A stretch of DNA of 64,000 nucleotides from an uncultured Verrucomicrobiae bacterium (GCA_963818965.1 CAWFUG010000009.1:192001-256000), one strand, 5' to 3'; positions 20,883-30,528 are shown, numbered from the stretch's first letter. Made by a program: numbers and translations. The notes: generated by a model from the letters alone, not told the origin.

Positions 20883-21647
20883 TCATATCAACAGGCCATG
20901 TCCGCCATCCACCGTGATATTTTGACCATTAATGTGGTTGGCCATAGGAGAAAATAGCCACAGGGCTGCCTCTGCAATATCTTTTGGGGTTGCATTTTTT
21001 TTTAGGGGATTTTCGTCTTTTAATTGTTGCTTCGCTTCTTTTGAAGCAATTCTTTCAAGCATGGGCGTTTCAACGGCACCAGGACTAATTGCGTTGATTC
21101 GGATGTTTGCTTTCCCGTACTCAACAGCTGCAACTCTTGTAAGAGCGTTCACTCCAGACTTACTTGCAGTATAGATAGAAGTATTTGGTAGGGCTCGATC
21201 TGCTATTACAGAGGAAATATTGACAATGCCCCCAAATCCATGCTTTAGCATGGCTTGAATTTGGTACTTCATTGAAGTCCAAACTCCTTTCAAATTCACT
21301 CCGATTACATAATCCCAATCGGTTTCATCTTGATCTGTGAATGGAACGAATTTACCTTCAGTGCCGGCGCAATTTAAGGCAAAATCAATTCGGCCGAAGT
21401 GGCTACATGCCTCTTCCACAAACTTTCTAACAGATTCATCTTTGTCGATTTCTGTGGGAATGAACAAGATTTCTCCAGAGAAATTGGCAGTTTCTTGAAT
21501 TAGAGATTGACCAGCAATTAGATCTCTACCGCCCGCTGCCACATTCATTCCCAACTGGGAAAATAAAACAGCAGCTTCTCTTCCTATGCCAGAAGTAGCT
21601 CCAGTTACAATAACGACTTTGCCCTTGAAGAAATCGGAAGGAATCAT
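20883..21647 (-). CDS. Short-chain dehydrogenase/reductase (classical)
   Basis: TGATSGIG, NCAG and YTASK motifs. Confidence 0.92.
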   Translation of the reverse strand: MIPSDFFKGKVVIVTGATSGIGREAAVLFSQLGMNVAAGGRDLIAGQSLIQETANFSGEILFIPTEIDKDESVRKFVEEACSHFGRIDFALNCAGTEGKFVPFTDQDETDWDYVIGVNLKGVWTSMKYQIQAMLKHGFGGIVNISSVIADRALPNTSIYTASKSGVNALTRVAAVEYGKANIRINAISPGAVETPMLERIASKEAKQQLKDENPLKKNATPKDIAEAALWLFSPMANHINGQNITVDGGHGLLI

Positions 21648-21675
21648 CTTAAGTCTCCTTATTGGAATCGGTGTT

Positions 21676-22818
21676 TTAAAGGCCTTGCAACTCCAGGTGT
21701 TCTCTTTTCACCTTAGCCTCGAGCTGGTGGTCCAATGCGATGATCCCTTGGATGGAACCTTGTAGGTTGCGCGCTTGAAGGATTCCAGCTGTTATGAGGG
21801 CGATTGTCAATTGGATCAGCTCGGGGGCAATATTTTCCCTGTCTCCATCGAAATTTACAGGAAAGCCGCTATTGATCAAGAGTAAATTCTCTACGGATAA
21901 GTCTTGATGGCAGATTTCTGTCTTAGAGATGCGTTTTCTCAAATGATGGGAGTCGAATTCTCTGTCAGAGGATGAAACGCTAACTAGTGCTGTGCCAGCC
22001 GATAATGAGGAGTGTAGGTGTTGTGGAATACTAGTTGTACCCGTACATCCGATAATCAAGCGGAAATCTTGCAGAATATTAGGTAGCTCGCCTGCGCAGT
22101 CGCTGATCGATTCGTCTTTGTCATAAATAAAGACACTCATATCAGGGGATAGTTTTTCTTTGATCGCTTGCCCGATGGCGCCGCCACCGATGATGAGGGC
22201 TTGTTCAAAAGCCAAATCCCTTTCTTTCAAGCTCTTGTATAGGCGTTCTGCTGCGGCTTGAGCGATCATGGGCGATTCTAACGAGAGTTTTACGGGGGAA
22301 CGCGCGACGTTAATGACGGGAAAGGTTAAGTGGCAAGAGCGAATGGCCTCATATCCTGATGAGGTCTGCTCTATGGCGACAATGGAGACGTTATTTGGCA
22401 AATTTTCGCTGAGGTATTTGATGCATTTACCCCCATCGTCCAGGACAATAATGTGATCGTAAGAGTCGCTGGATAAATCGGAGAGTCTTTCTGAAAGGAA
22501 GCTTTGTATTTTTTGATCAAAAAAGTCATCGAAAGGATGATGCGAGGAATAGAATAGACTTCCTGCGCATACATCAATGCCATCCTTTAACATCTCTTCA
22601 TAGACCTCTTTACAGGAAGAATAGCATTTGCCTATGAGAGAGATGTTTTCTGGTTTCACGCCCAATCGATAAAGGGATTGAAACATCGAATGTGTGGTCT
22701 CGAGAATGTGTTGGACTCCGATGATTTTCACATTCGATAGGGATAGACCTTGATAGGAGTCAATCAGAGATTCTACCAGAGGAAGAATGAGGTTGGGGGA
22801 TTGGCTGGTCGATGTCAT
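21676..22818 (-). CDS. Divergent S-adenosylhomocysteine hydrolase-like NAD-binding protein
   Basis: VQHILETT, LDDGG, IEQTSSG, PVINVARSPVK, GGGAIG and GFPVNF follow the order of the AdoHcyase motifs. Confidence 0.75.
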   Translation of the reverse strand: MTSTSQSPNLILPLVESLIDSYQGLSLSNVKIIGVQHILETTHSMFQSLYRLGVKPENISLIGKCYSSCKEVYEEMLKDGIDVCAGSLFYSSHHPFDDFFDQKIQSFLSERLSDLSSDSYDHIIVLDDGGKCIKYLSENLPNNVSIVAIEQTSSGYEAIRSCHLTFPVINVARSPVKLSLESPMIAQAAAERLYKSLKERDLAFEQALIIGGGAIGQAIKEKLSPDMSVFIYDKDESISDCAGELPNILQDFRLIIGCTGTTSIPQHLHSSLSAGTALVSVSSSDREFDSHHLRKRISKTEICHQDLSVENLLLINSGFPVNFDGDRENIAPELIQLTIALITAGILQARNLQGSIQGIIALDHQLEAKVKREHLELQGL

Positions 22819-22830
22819 ATTCTCTTTTCC

Positions 22831-23277
22831 TTAGCGTCCAGCCAAAAGTTCCTCTGGAGCGTGTAGATCCAGATTGGGGAACACTTCGCTGAGCAGCTGG
22901 CAGTAGGGGCTTAAGTTTGGATCTTCGACAGGGGCGACTGTATAAATGGAGATTCCCGTTGCTACGGCATACCCAATTTCAAGAATGGCGGCTTTTCCCA
23001 AATACCCATTGAAATTTGCGACAACCAAAAAGGTCGATCGTCTAATTTTAGCAAAGACAGAATCTTGTAGTAGTTTAGGGTGCGTTATGGGATCTGAATC
23101 GAGGATGATGAATTCTTCATCTGGATTAACGGCACACTCTCCTGTAGGTGAGAGTACTGTGACGTAGGCGTTTTCCAGCTCTTTCTTTAAGAGCATGATC
23201 TCTTTGAGGTGTTTCCTGAAAGATCCGCTGATTACTGTGCAGATGGTTTCTTTGTGTATTTTATTTTTATTATTCAT
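22831..23277 (-). CDS. Nucleoside 2-deoxyribosyltransferase-like (N-glycosidase fold) protein
   Basis: ISGSFRK ... KIRRSTFLVVAN..GYLG...ILEIGYA (catalytic Glu in EIG). Confidence 0.7.
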   Translation of the reverse strand: MNNKNKIHKETICTVISGSFRKHLKEIMLLKKELENAYVTVLSPTGECAVNPDEEFIILDSDPITHPKLLQDSVFAKIRRSTFLVVANFNGYLGKAAILEIGYAVATGISIYTVAPVEDPNLSPYCQLLSEVFPNLDLHAPEELLAGR

Positions 23278-23290
23278 GGTTTTATTTATG

Positions 23291-23791
23291 TTATTTGCTT
23301 AGGCTCGACTGTAGTTTTTCTTTCACCCAAAGGTAAGCTTCCCTCTGAGCTGTTAAAAGGTCCATGGATTCGAATTCTTCCATACTGACCCAACGGTATC
23401 CGCAGTGTTCCTCATAATTAATGAAGACCGGCGTATCGCTGGTTATTTTCGCGTAGTAAAGATATAGACCATACTGTCCATCGCAAGGGGTCTCACTCAT
23501 TGCCGTATCTAGAAGCTCTATTGAACCAGGATTAATTTGTATCTTAGTCTCTTCATGAAGCTCTCTAAGAAGACCAGTAATAGGGTGTTCTCCCTGATCG
23601 AGTTTTCCTCCTGGGATACCCCACAACTTGTGCTGAGCATCCTTCCGAGCTCTCTGGAGCACTAAAATCTTGTCACCCTTGGCTAAAAAAATGGTGACGA
23701 CTCGTTTTGATGGATGTGTACAAGAGGCATCCAATGGATTCCAATCGGACACATATTCAAAACTTCCGACATTCGGTAAAACACTAATCAT
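23291..23791 (-). CDS. NUDIX hydrolase (MutT-like)
   Basis: PGGKLDQGEHPITGLLRELHEETKI Nudix box. Confidence 0.88.
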   Translation of the reverse strand: MISVLPNVGSFEYVSDWNPLDASCTHPSKRVVTIFLAKGDKILVLQRARKDAQHKLWGIPGGKLDQGEHPITGLLRELHEETKIQINPGSIELLDTAMSETPCDGQYGLYLYYAKITSDTPVFINYEEHCGYRWVSMEEFESMDLLTAQREAYLWVKEKLQSSLSK

Positions 23792-23993
23792 TCACGCTCT
23801 CCTTATCGACAAAAACCCTCTTATTCAGAGATTTAGAAAGAAGAAGTCCTATGAGTCCACCCACTAGAACAGCTCCCATCGCTACAACTCCTCCCGGAGG
23901 CGTTGAGACAATAAATCCCATTAATCCGCCGATTAATATACAGCTAATACTGCTTATATACCTATACAATTTCATTATTTTATCTTTTTCCAC
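23784..23993 (-). CDS. Small two-TM Gly-rich membrane protein
   Basis: GTG start with GGAG RBS; overlaps the NUDIX start; two hydrophobic segments. Confidence 0.6.
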   Translation of the reverse strand: MEKDKIMKLYRYISSISCILIGGLMGFIVSTPPGGVVAMGAVLVGGLIGLLLSKSLNKRVFVDKESVND

Positions 23994-24150
23994 AGAAACT
24001 CCAATTGTTTGTTTCTTGTTCTAAAATATACACCAATGGCAGATTATAGTCAATTTTTTAATACTTTTTTGCATTAACTGTTCAAGATTCTAATTTTTCG
24101 TAATTTAAATTCAATGAATGCGTTGTTGCGCGGGGTTTTTAAAAAAATAT

Positions 24151-24684
24151 TTAATCCCATTCTTCATAGGAGGGGTGATTTTCATAAATCTTTCTGTTTT
24201 TGGGCCAGCTGTATTTTGTAATAAAATCATTGTGTTTGGGAGCCAATTGGATCATTTCTTCATAAAAACCCGCTATATCATCTTCAGGATCCCATCCTGG
24301 GGCTACACAATGAGTGACAAGAGAAAATTTAGCTCCAGTGACGGGTTGAGCAGCAAACCACGTATTTTTTTCCACAATATAGAGTAATTGTTCCCCTTTG
24401 GAGATGTTAGGACCGACCCGCACTGTTTCAATTTCCCCATTTTTTATCAGAAATAAGTCAATGGCTCCTCCCAAGCAATACTGCCAACTCTCGTCTGACA
24501 AGAGTTTATGCAATGGGAAAATTCCACCGCTTAAAACCATGTAATATGCCCAATTAAATAAGGGTCTTCTTTTTTTACCTTCGCCTATAAAGATGTCGGA
24601 GCTATAACCTTCCTTAATAAAATCATCGTCCCATAGTTTCTGGAGACCTAACGTCTTGATAATTTCTTTAATTTCTGTGTCCAT
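24151..24684 (-). CDS. Cupin_5 (DUF985)-like protein
   Basis: LGLQ, YYM..LHKL.SDESWQY.LG, NTWFAA and FSLV..CVAPGW.PED pattern. Confidence 0.75.
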   Translation of the reverse strand: MDTEIKEIIKTLGLQKLWDDDFIKEGYSSDIFIGEGKKRRPLFNWAYYMVLSGGIFPLHKLLSDESWQYCLGGAIDLFLIKNGEIETVRVGPNISKGEQLLYIVEKNTWFAAQPVTGAKFSLVTHCVAPGWDPEDDIAGFYEEMIQLAPKHNDFITKYSWPKNRKIYENHPSYEEWD

Positions 24685-24898
24685 AAAAAAATCTCGAGCT
24701 GCTTTTTTTGTCTTGTAGTGGATTGTAACACAGCACTTGTATTGTCAGGTGTATCAATTTGGGGGAAATCTCCAGGGGTGTCCTCTAAGGTTACAGAAGG
24801 CATAGGAGGTGTTAAATATTTTCCATTGCATTTTTGGGAGTCAGTATTTTAATGTTGACTTGCTTTTCCTGTTTTATTAATATTACATTATCAAATTT

Positions 24899-25954
24899 GT
24901 GATTAGGATGTTAGTTGTGACAAAAATAAAATCAGTTTGTTTTAGTGCTAATTGGAATCACAATTTAAAAAGCCAAGAGTCTGTAAAAAGACCCGTATGG
25001 GATGCATTCAGTACCCCCTTAAGAGCTCTTTGTGCAAGAAATGTATTGCCTGCTGCCTATCATTCAAGCGAGACCAAAGATTCGGTAGAAAAAAATTGGA
25101 AAAAGATCTGGGTCGGAAAAGGATCAAAGGGCAAGAAACTGCGTAAAGGGTTCCAGCCCATTGCGCTAAATATCAAAACACCAGATGGAGCACGTATCAA
25201 AGGAGTCTTTTATAAAAGCCAAAAGACAACAAGCACTGATATCCCCACAATTCTTTATTGCCAACCTAATTTAGGCTTGTCTAAAGCGAAATGCCACCAA
25301 TGGATGCTCAAAAAAGCTGCAAAAACGGATGTTCCTTACAATGTCGTTCTGTTCGACTATAGAGGCTGTGGAAAGAGCAAACTCAGCTCTAAATCGTCTC
25401 ATCTCAATGCCAAAAAACTCGTTATCGATGCAGATTCTGTTTACCAATGTGTTCGAAAAAAGCTGGGAATTGCGGCCAAAAATGTCCGCTTCTACGGATG
25501 GTCCTTAGGGGGAGCGGTAAGTGCCCAAGTGGCAGCTTTGCACCCACGCTCTGGTGCCCATGTCCATTCCCGCTCGTTTTCTTCCCTTAAGGGTGTTGTG
25601 CAAGCGTATTTTCCTCGCGTCCTTGCCAGAGTCGTGAATAAGATCTTTCAGGCTTTTCATTGGGTATTCGACACTTTTAAAGTATGGAAGAAAATCAAAG
25701 ACCGCTCGCTTGTTGTTTATCACCCTAAAGATCGAGTCATTCCTCAGTCTGCAAGTCTAGCTTCCAAGGTCGGTCGTAAGCATAAGTTGCAATTGCGATT
25801 GAAAAAGAAGTCTAAAAATAACTCAGGCCGTATTAATCACCATGGCATGCCTTATCGAGCCTACACTAGCAAGAAAGGAATGGGCGCAAGAAAACAGATC
25901 TTGAACTTTCTCCTCGAGCAACCGGCATTTTCTTCCGCAAAAACCAAAAAGTGA
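24899..25954 (+). CDS. Lys-rich alpha/beta hydrolase (chlamydial CPn0927-like / ABHD17-like)
   Basis: FDYRGCGKS, YGWSLGG, RSFSSL, D.VIP and C-terminal HH. Confidence 0.8.
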   Translation: MIRMLVVTKIKSVCFSANWNHNLKSQESVKRPVWDAFSTPLRALCARNVLPAAYHSSETKDSVEKNWKKIWVGKGSKGKKLRKGFQPIALNIKTPDGARIKGVFYKSQKTTSTDIPTILYCQPNLGLSKAKCHQWMLKKAAKTDVPYNVVLFDYRGCGKSKLSSKSSHLNAKKLVIDADSVYQCVRKKLGIAAKNVRFYGWSLGGAVSAQVAALHPRSGAHVHSRSFSSLKGVVQAYFPRVLARVVNKIFQAFHWVFDTFKVWKKIKDRSLVVYHPKDRVIPQSASLASKVGRKHKLQLRLKKKSKNNSGRINHHGMPYRAYTSKKGMGARKQILNFLLEQPAFSSAKTKK

Positions 25955-25960
25955 GTGGCC

Positions 25961-26329
25961 TCAGTGAGAAGCGACTTCTGTGTCGGTGGCGAGGATGTTT
26001 TCATGCTGCTCTGGATACCAGGCGGGTGTTGCCGGAAGGAGGAGAGTCAGCGTTCCTTCCCAATAGAATTTTTCTCCGCGGGGGATATAGACGGCATCGC
26101 CGATCGCGAGCTCGACTGTTGTGGTCTCTGTGACGAGTTTGCCAGAGCCTTTTAAGACGTAGCCCATCTCGCTGCAGTGGTGATTGAGCGCGTAGCCTTG
26201 TTCGGGATAGCGGTGGGTGATTTCAGCGACGCCGATGTTGAGCTCTGAGTTTTGCATCGGGTATTCGTAGACGGTGCAATTGGGGGAGTTTTCATGCTTT
26301 AGGGCAGCTTCGTATTTGACATATTCCAT
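25961..26329 (-). CDS. Small cupin-domain protein
   Basis: EMGYVLKGSGKL...GDAVYIPRGEK cupin motifs. Confidence 0.75.
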   Translation of the reverse strand: MEYVKYEAALKHENSPNCTVYEYPMQNSELNIGVAEITHRYPEQGYALNHHCSEMGYVLKGSGKLVTETTTVELAIGDAVYIPRGEKFYWEGTLTLLLPATPAWYPEQHENILATDTEVASH

Positions 26330-26480
26330 GGTAGGACTCCTGGTGGTTTAATGAGAACGTTCTAGCGCTGTGGCGCGAAAAAGTCTAGTTAAAATTATTT
26401 CAAGCTGCTGCAAGGCATTGATTTAAAAACGAGCTTTTTGTGACAATCTAAAGGATTGTCAAAAACCGATTAAAAATATT

Positions 26481-27896
26481 ATGTCTGTTAAGTTCTTCTC
26501 TGGCGAACAGTTTGCTGATTCGTTTTTTTCTGCATTGCGTTCCGATTTTCTGAACATGTCTGGGGCGGATGATTCTGGACTTATCGCAATCGAGCAGCTT
26601 AAAAACTGTTCTGCGGTTTCTAAGTTGTGGCGTGATCGTGCCATGCAGATCTCTTTGAATGTAAGAGTGCAGGGGAGTCGAAGGATCCCAACGAGTGAAT
26701 ATACGCCTTATCTCTATGCATTGGAATATGAGAGAGATGACTTGACTGCTTTCATTTTAAAATGGGAGGCGGGGTTTACCAAAAGATTTCTCAGCATGAA
26801 GTGTGATGTTTTGCACCGTTATGAGATCACGGGGAAGTATCAGGTTGATCAGGTGTTGTTTGGTCCATCGGTCGATCATGCGACACATCATAGCTATTTG
26901 ATCCCGAGTCTCTGTGATTCTTTGGAGCGGTTTTTTCAAGAGTTTAAAGGGGAGAGGTATTGGGATGATGCTTGTACACAAGAGCTCTTAGAGACTGTTC
27001 GAGGGGCTCTTTGCACTTCTTGTTCTACAGATTTTGAGAAGTTGACGCTCCGAGAATTGAGAGAGCAGTATAAGGGAAAACTATTTTTTATTTCTGATAG
27101 TGAAAGCAAAGTGTGTGATAGAAGACACTGGATCAGTTTTGTCTTCTCTGACGAGTTGATTGCCATTGGAAATCGAGGCTTAGGCTCTGGAATTTGGTCA
27201 GGAGTGTGCGTTTATCGTTTTTCTGAAGAGATGGAGTCGTGCTCTGTGAGTCAGTTCATCGATCGATTTCAAAGGGTGCGTCCAGAAGAGCATCTACCGA
27301 TGTCCAAGCAGTGGAGCGGTTCTTGTTCTAGAAGCAGTTTTGAAGCAACCACTCTCGGTGCTGCTTTTTTGATTTTCAAGAAAAAATGCTCTTTTTTATG
27401 TTCTTCTGAAGTTATAGCCAGGGCTAGAGCGATGGTAAATGAATGGATTAAGGATGATCGGATAGAGGGTATTACAGAGATTATAAAAACAGACCAAGAG
27501 ATGCAGTATGATCCAAAGCTTCTCATTCGCGTTCTCGCTGTATTCCAAGACTGTCCAAAAGCTGCCGAGAGGTTTCATCATTTTTTAAGGAATGAAAAAC
27601 AAGTCGACTGGACCTCATTAAATGAGACTATGGATACGGAGAATCGACTTCCCGGCGAATACGTCGTTAACAGGGACAATGCGCTAGGCTGCCGATGGTT
27701 TCGCCACGAGGTCGAAGTGATCAAAAGGGGATCTGTTACCAGAGTAGGCCCCCAACCCCGTGGGTTCATCGTCTGGCACAATGAAACGAGACCCTTGCGT
27801 GAACCCAATCAGAGACCCAGAGGCAATCCTGCGCCTAGGGGAAATCCGACAGGGAGAGGATATAAGTATACGATTATAAGAAAGCGATGGCCTTAG
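26481..27896 (+). CDS. Candidate effector: degenerate F-box plus AnkH-like cysteine-protease-type domain
   Basis: LKNCSAVSKLWR; HWISF...IGNRG...QWSGSCS motif order. Confidence 0.5.
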   Translation: MSVKFFSGEQFADSFFSALRSDFLNMSGADDSGLIAIEQLKNCSAVSKLWRDRAMQISLNVRVQGSRRIPTSEYTPYLYALEYERDDLTAFILKWEAGFTKRFLSMKCDVLHRYEITGKYQVDQVLFGPSVDHATHHSYLIPSLCDSLERFFQEFKGERYWDDACTQELLETVRGALCTSCSTDFEKLTLRELREQYKGKLFFISDSESKVCDRRHWISFVFSDELIAIGNRGLGSGIWSGVCVYRFSEEMESCSVSQFIDRFQRVRPEEHLPMSKQWSGSCSRSSFEATTLGAAFLIFKKKCSFLCSSEVIARARAMVNEWIKDDRIEGITEIIKTDQEMQYDPKLLIRVLAVFQDCPKAAERFHHFLRNEKQVDWTSLNETMDTENRLPGEYVVNRDNALGCRWFRHEVEVIKRGSVTRVGPQPRGFIVWHNETRPLREPNQRPRGNPAPRGNPTGRGYKYTIIRKRWP

Positions 27897-27985
27897 AATC
27901 TGTCTACAATCTCGGTCGTTTTGAACTGGCACTAAAAATTAGAAGCGGATAATTTTGTCCATTTGAACGTCAACCGCGGTCTGCT

Positions 27986-29000
27986 ATGCTCTTATTCTTC
28001 CTTCGACTGTTCCTATTGTTGCTCACTCCTTCTTTTTTTCTCTATTCGCTCGATGTTCTTAATTATGACTTGCATGTTTTTTCTGTGCCGGGAAAGAGCG
28101 AACGGGTGATGCTCTGTTTCCATGGCTATGGAGGTAATTACGAGATTGCCTTGTCGCTTAAAAATCTAAAAACCATAGACGCTACTCTTGTGAGCTTCAA
28201 CTTTCCTGATTATGACATTGAGCAAAGAGGTGAGTACGATTATCGCAAGATGACATTTGGCACGATCGATGAGCTTTTGCCAGCTCTGCACGTCATGAAG
28301 CAGATCGTGCTGGATGGGGGAAGAAAAAGAGATCGATCTGTATGGATTTTCTGCAGGGGGCGGCGTTTTGATCAACGTACTTGGAGTGCTCAATACTTCC
28401 ACTTATGATGCTAGGCTTGAGGCAATGGGGATTGGAGCGGTGGAAAAAGAGAAGCTTCTCGCTGCAATTCAGAGGGGAATGGTGATTTTGGATACGCCTC
28501 TTATACTGCGCCCGGTCAGGAATTGCGAATTTGAGCCTTTGATCAGCTCCCGCGATTCCACGATCGAAAAGGGGGCCAGTATTGAGGAAATACAGGCCCC
28601 CTTTTCGATCGTGGAATCCCGGGGCTTTGACGCGCTCAAATTCACAATTCCTGACCGGGCGCAGTATAAATCGATCGAAGAGATCATTGCCTGTAGAAGC
28701 TCGACGGGTGAATTGGAGTGGTTGGCGAAAAATTATCGGGACAATCACTTCAGACCGATTGACTCGCTTAGATTGCTCCAGGGATTGTCTTTGGATGTTT
28801 TGTTGTATTTTCAGGAGGGAGATGAAATTCTCTCGAATCGAGATGATGACCTGTATATAGAGAGGTTGCGAGAGACTCAGCAAAAAATCGCAGTGATCAG
28901 GGGCAGTGAAGGGGGACATCAGTCTGCTCACCTGCCACTTTGGCAATTTTATGCGCAAAAAATGGAGGGAGAAGATGTTGGCACAACAGTATTGGAATGA
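27986..29000 (+). pseudogene. Secreted alpha/beta hydrolase split by a +1 frameshift at G5 (28316-28320), with a 55-aa in-frame element insert
   Basis: CFHGYGG in one frame, YGFSAGG elbow and GGH in the next frame; may be a sequencing indel. Confidence 0.7.
28501..28669. repeat. Full-length nested palindromic element (MITE-like), TA-flanked
   Basis: 36-bp terminal IR (1 mismatch) enclosing a perfect 24-bp inner IR (28554-28577/28595-28618). Confidence 0.95.
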
Positions 29001-29622
29001 CGTGGGATCGAAGAAAGTGTTTGAGGATCCGCTTTATTTGGACAAACTCGCGCCTTTCTTAGAGCCGACGGATCAGATCGTCGAATATGGGTGTGGCTAC
29101 GGCCGCATGATGCGCCTGTTAAAAGCTGCAGGGTATGAGAATTTAGTGGGTTTTGATTTTGCGCCGAATATGATTGCGCGGGGGCTGAGCGAAAATCCCG
29201 ATCTCGATTTGAAGGTATTGGACGAGGTGGGGGTGATTCCTTGTGAGGAAGCGTCTGTCGATGCAGTGGTCATGTCGACAGTTCTCTGTTGTATGACGGA
29301 AGACCGGGAGCTGGTGGCGTTAATGGGAGAGATCGAGCGGGTGTTGAAGAGCGGTGGTGTGCTGTATCTGACTGATTTTCTCATCTGCGAGCATCCCCGG
29401 TATCGGGAGCGGTATGCGGTGGGGTTGGAGCGATTTGGAATGCAGGGGATCTATACGACGAATGAGGATCTGACGGTGCGGCATTTTACGGCGAAGGCGA
29501 TTATCGATTTGTTGGACTCTTTTGATATCCAATGGTTTGAGCAGTTCGATTTTAAGACGATGAACCAAAACCCAGCGCGGACGTTTCATTGCATCGCTAG
29601 AAAAGGGAGTGGACTTAATTAG
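28975..29622 (+). CDS. Class I SAM-dependent methyltransferase
   Basis: VEYGCGYGR motif I; GFDFAPNM; RVLKSGGVLY; GGAGGG RBS. Confidence 0.9.
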   Translation: MLAQQYWNDVGSKKVFEDPLYLDKLAPFLEPTDQIVEYGCGYGRMMRLLKAAGYENLVGFDFAPNMIARGLSENPDLDLKVLDEVGVIPCEEASVDAVVMSTVLCCMTEDRELVALMGEIERVLKSGGVLYLTDFLICEHPRYRERYAVGLERFGMQGIYTTNEDLTVRHFTAKAIIDLLDSFDIQWFEQFDFKTMNQNPARTFHCIARKGSGLN

Positions 29623-29675
29623 TACGTATACGTATGATCTGGTCTGAAAAACTACCCTTATATAGGAGAAATGGT

Positions 29676-30047
29676 ATGTTTGCAGCCAGTCTAGGTTTTG
29701 TTTTGCTCTTCGTTTCAAACCCACAGGAGAGCGCTCTTTTTTATCGAGAAATTTTTGGAATTAAGCCTATAGAAGAGTCGCCGACATTTGTCATGTTCGC
29801 TCTTAAAAATGGCGTGATGCTCGGTCTTTGGTCTAAGCACACGGCTGAGCCGCGTGTGGAAGCGCCCCCTGGTGCGTTGGAGATCTGTTTTCCCACAGAA
29901 GATGTCGATGCTCTCTATGAAGAATGGGGGAAAAAGCGGGTGTGTGTCGCTCAAAAACCGACAGATATGGATTTTGGCCGCACGTTCGTGATTCTCGATC
30001 CAGACGGGCACAGGATTAGGGTTTATAAATTGTCTGAGGGAGAATGA
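29676..30047 (+). CDS. VOC / glyoxalase-bleomycin resistance family protein
   Basis: LFVSNPQESALFY...MDFGRTFVILDPDGHRIRV. Confidence 0.88.
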   Translation: MFAASLGFVLLFVSNPQESALFYREIFGIKPIEESPTFVMFALKNGVMLGLWSKHTAEPRVEAPPGALEICFPTEDVDALYEEWGKKRVCVAQKPTDMDFGRTFVILDPDGHRIRVYKLSEGE

Positions 30048-30496
30048 AGCTCGATTTTGAAAAAATCAGCGTCCATGATGTGCCAGAGCGGAGCCCGGGG
30101 TTTCTTCTCTGGCATATTAGTACTGCGTGGCGTGGCTCGATTGAGGCGGTTCTGAAGGATTTGGGATTGACGCATCCTCAATTTGTCGTGCTGGCGACTC
30201 TGGGGTGGCTCACCCGGAACGGGGACCTCGTGACCCAGCGAGATGTCGGCGCGTTGGCAGGTCTTGATCCCAATACGGTCTCCCAAATCATCGGCGGTCT
30301 TGAGAAAAAGGAGTGGATCAAAAGAGCGGCATCGTCAGATGCGCGCGCCAAAAATCCCCAGTTGACCCCTCGAGGGCGGGAGCTGCTCGCTTCAGCGTTG
30401 CCCGCTGTAGAGCGAGCCGATCACCGATTTTTTGAGATCCTATCTGCCCAGGAGCTAAAAAATTTGGTTGCTCTCTTCCAGAAAATAACAAATTGA
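30044..30496 (+). CDS. MarR family transcriptional regulator
   Basis: SPGFLLW, LGLTHPQFVVL and DARAK..LT..G motifs. Confidence 0.9.
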   Translation: MKLDFEKISVHDVPERSPGFLLWHISTAWRGSIEAVLKDLGLTHPQFVVLATLGWLTRNGDLVTQRDVGALAGLDPNTVSQIIGGLEKKEWIKRAASSDARAKNPQLTPRGRELLASALPAVERADHRFFEILSAQELKNLVALFQKITN

Positions 30497-30521
30497 CCGA
30501 TCGGTCAGTCTCTGGTATCCT
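30493..30521 (+). promoter_or_regulatory. Promoter with overlapping palindromic TetR-type operator
   Basis: TTGACC-N17-TATCCT; perfect palindrome TGACCGATCGGTCA at 30494-30507; ATG 7 nt after the -10 box. Confidence 0.75.
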
Positions 30522-30528
30522 GTCTTCC

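Noticed and set aside
21676..22818. Calling the gene ahcY
   Set aside because: Too divergent and short, with catalytic-region substitutions; kept as AdoHcyase-like.
28293..28958. Minus-strand ORF sharing ILRPVRNCEFE with the plus-strand ORF
   Set aside because: The identity arises from the palindrome being read on both strands; it is not a gene duplication.
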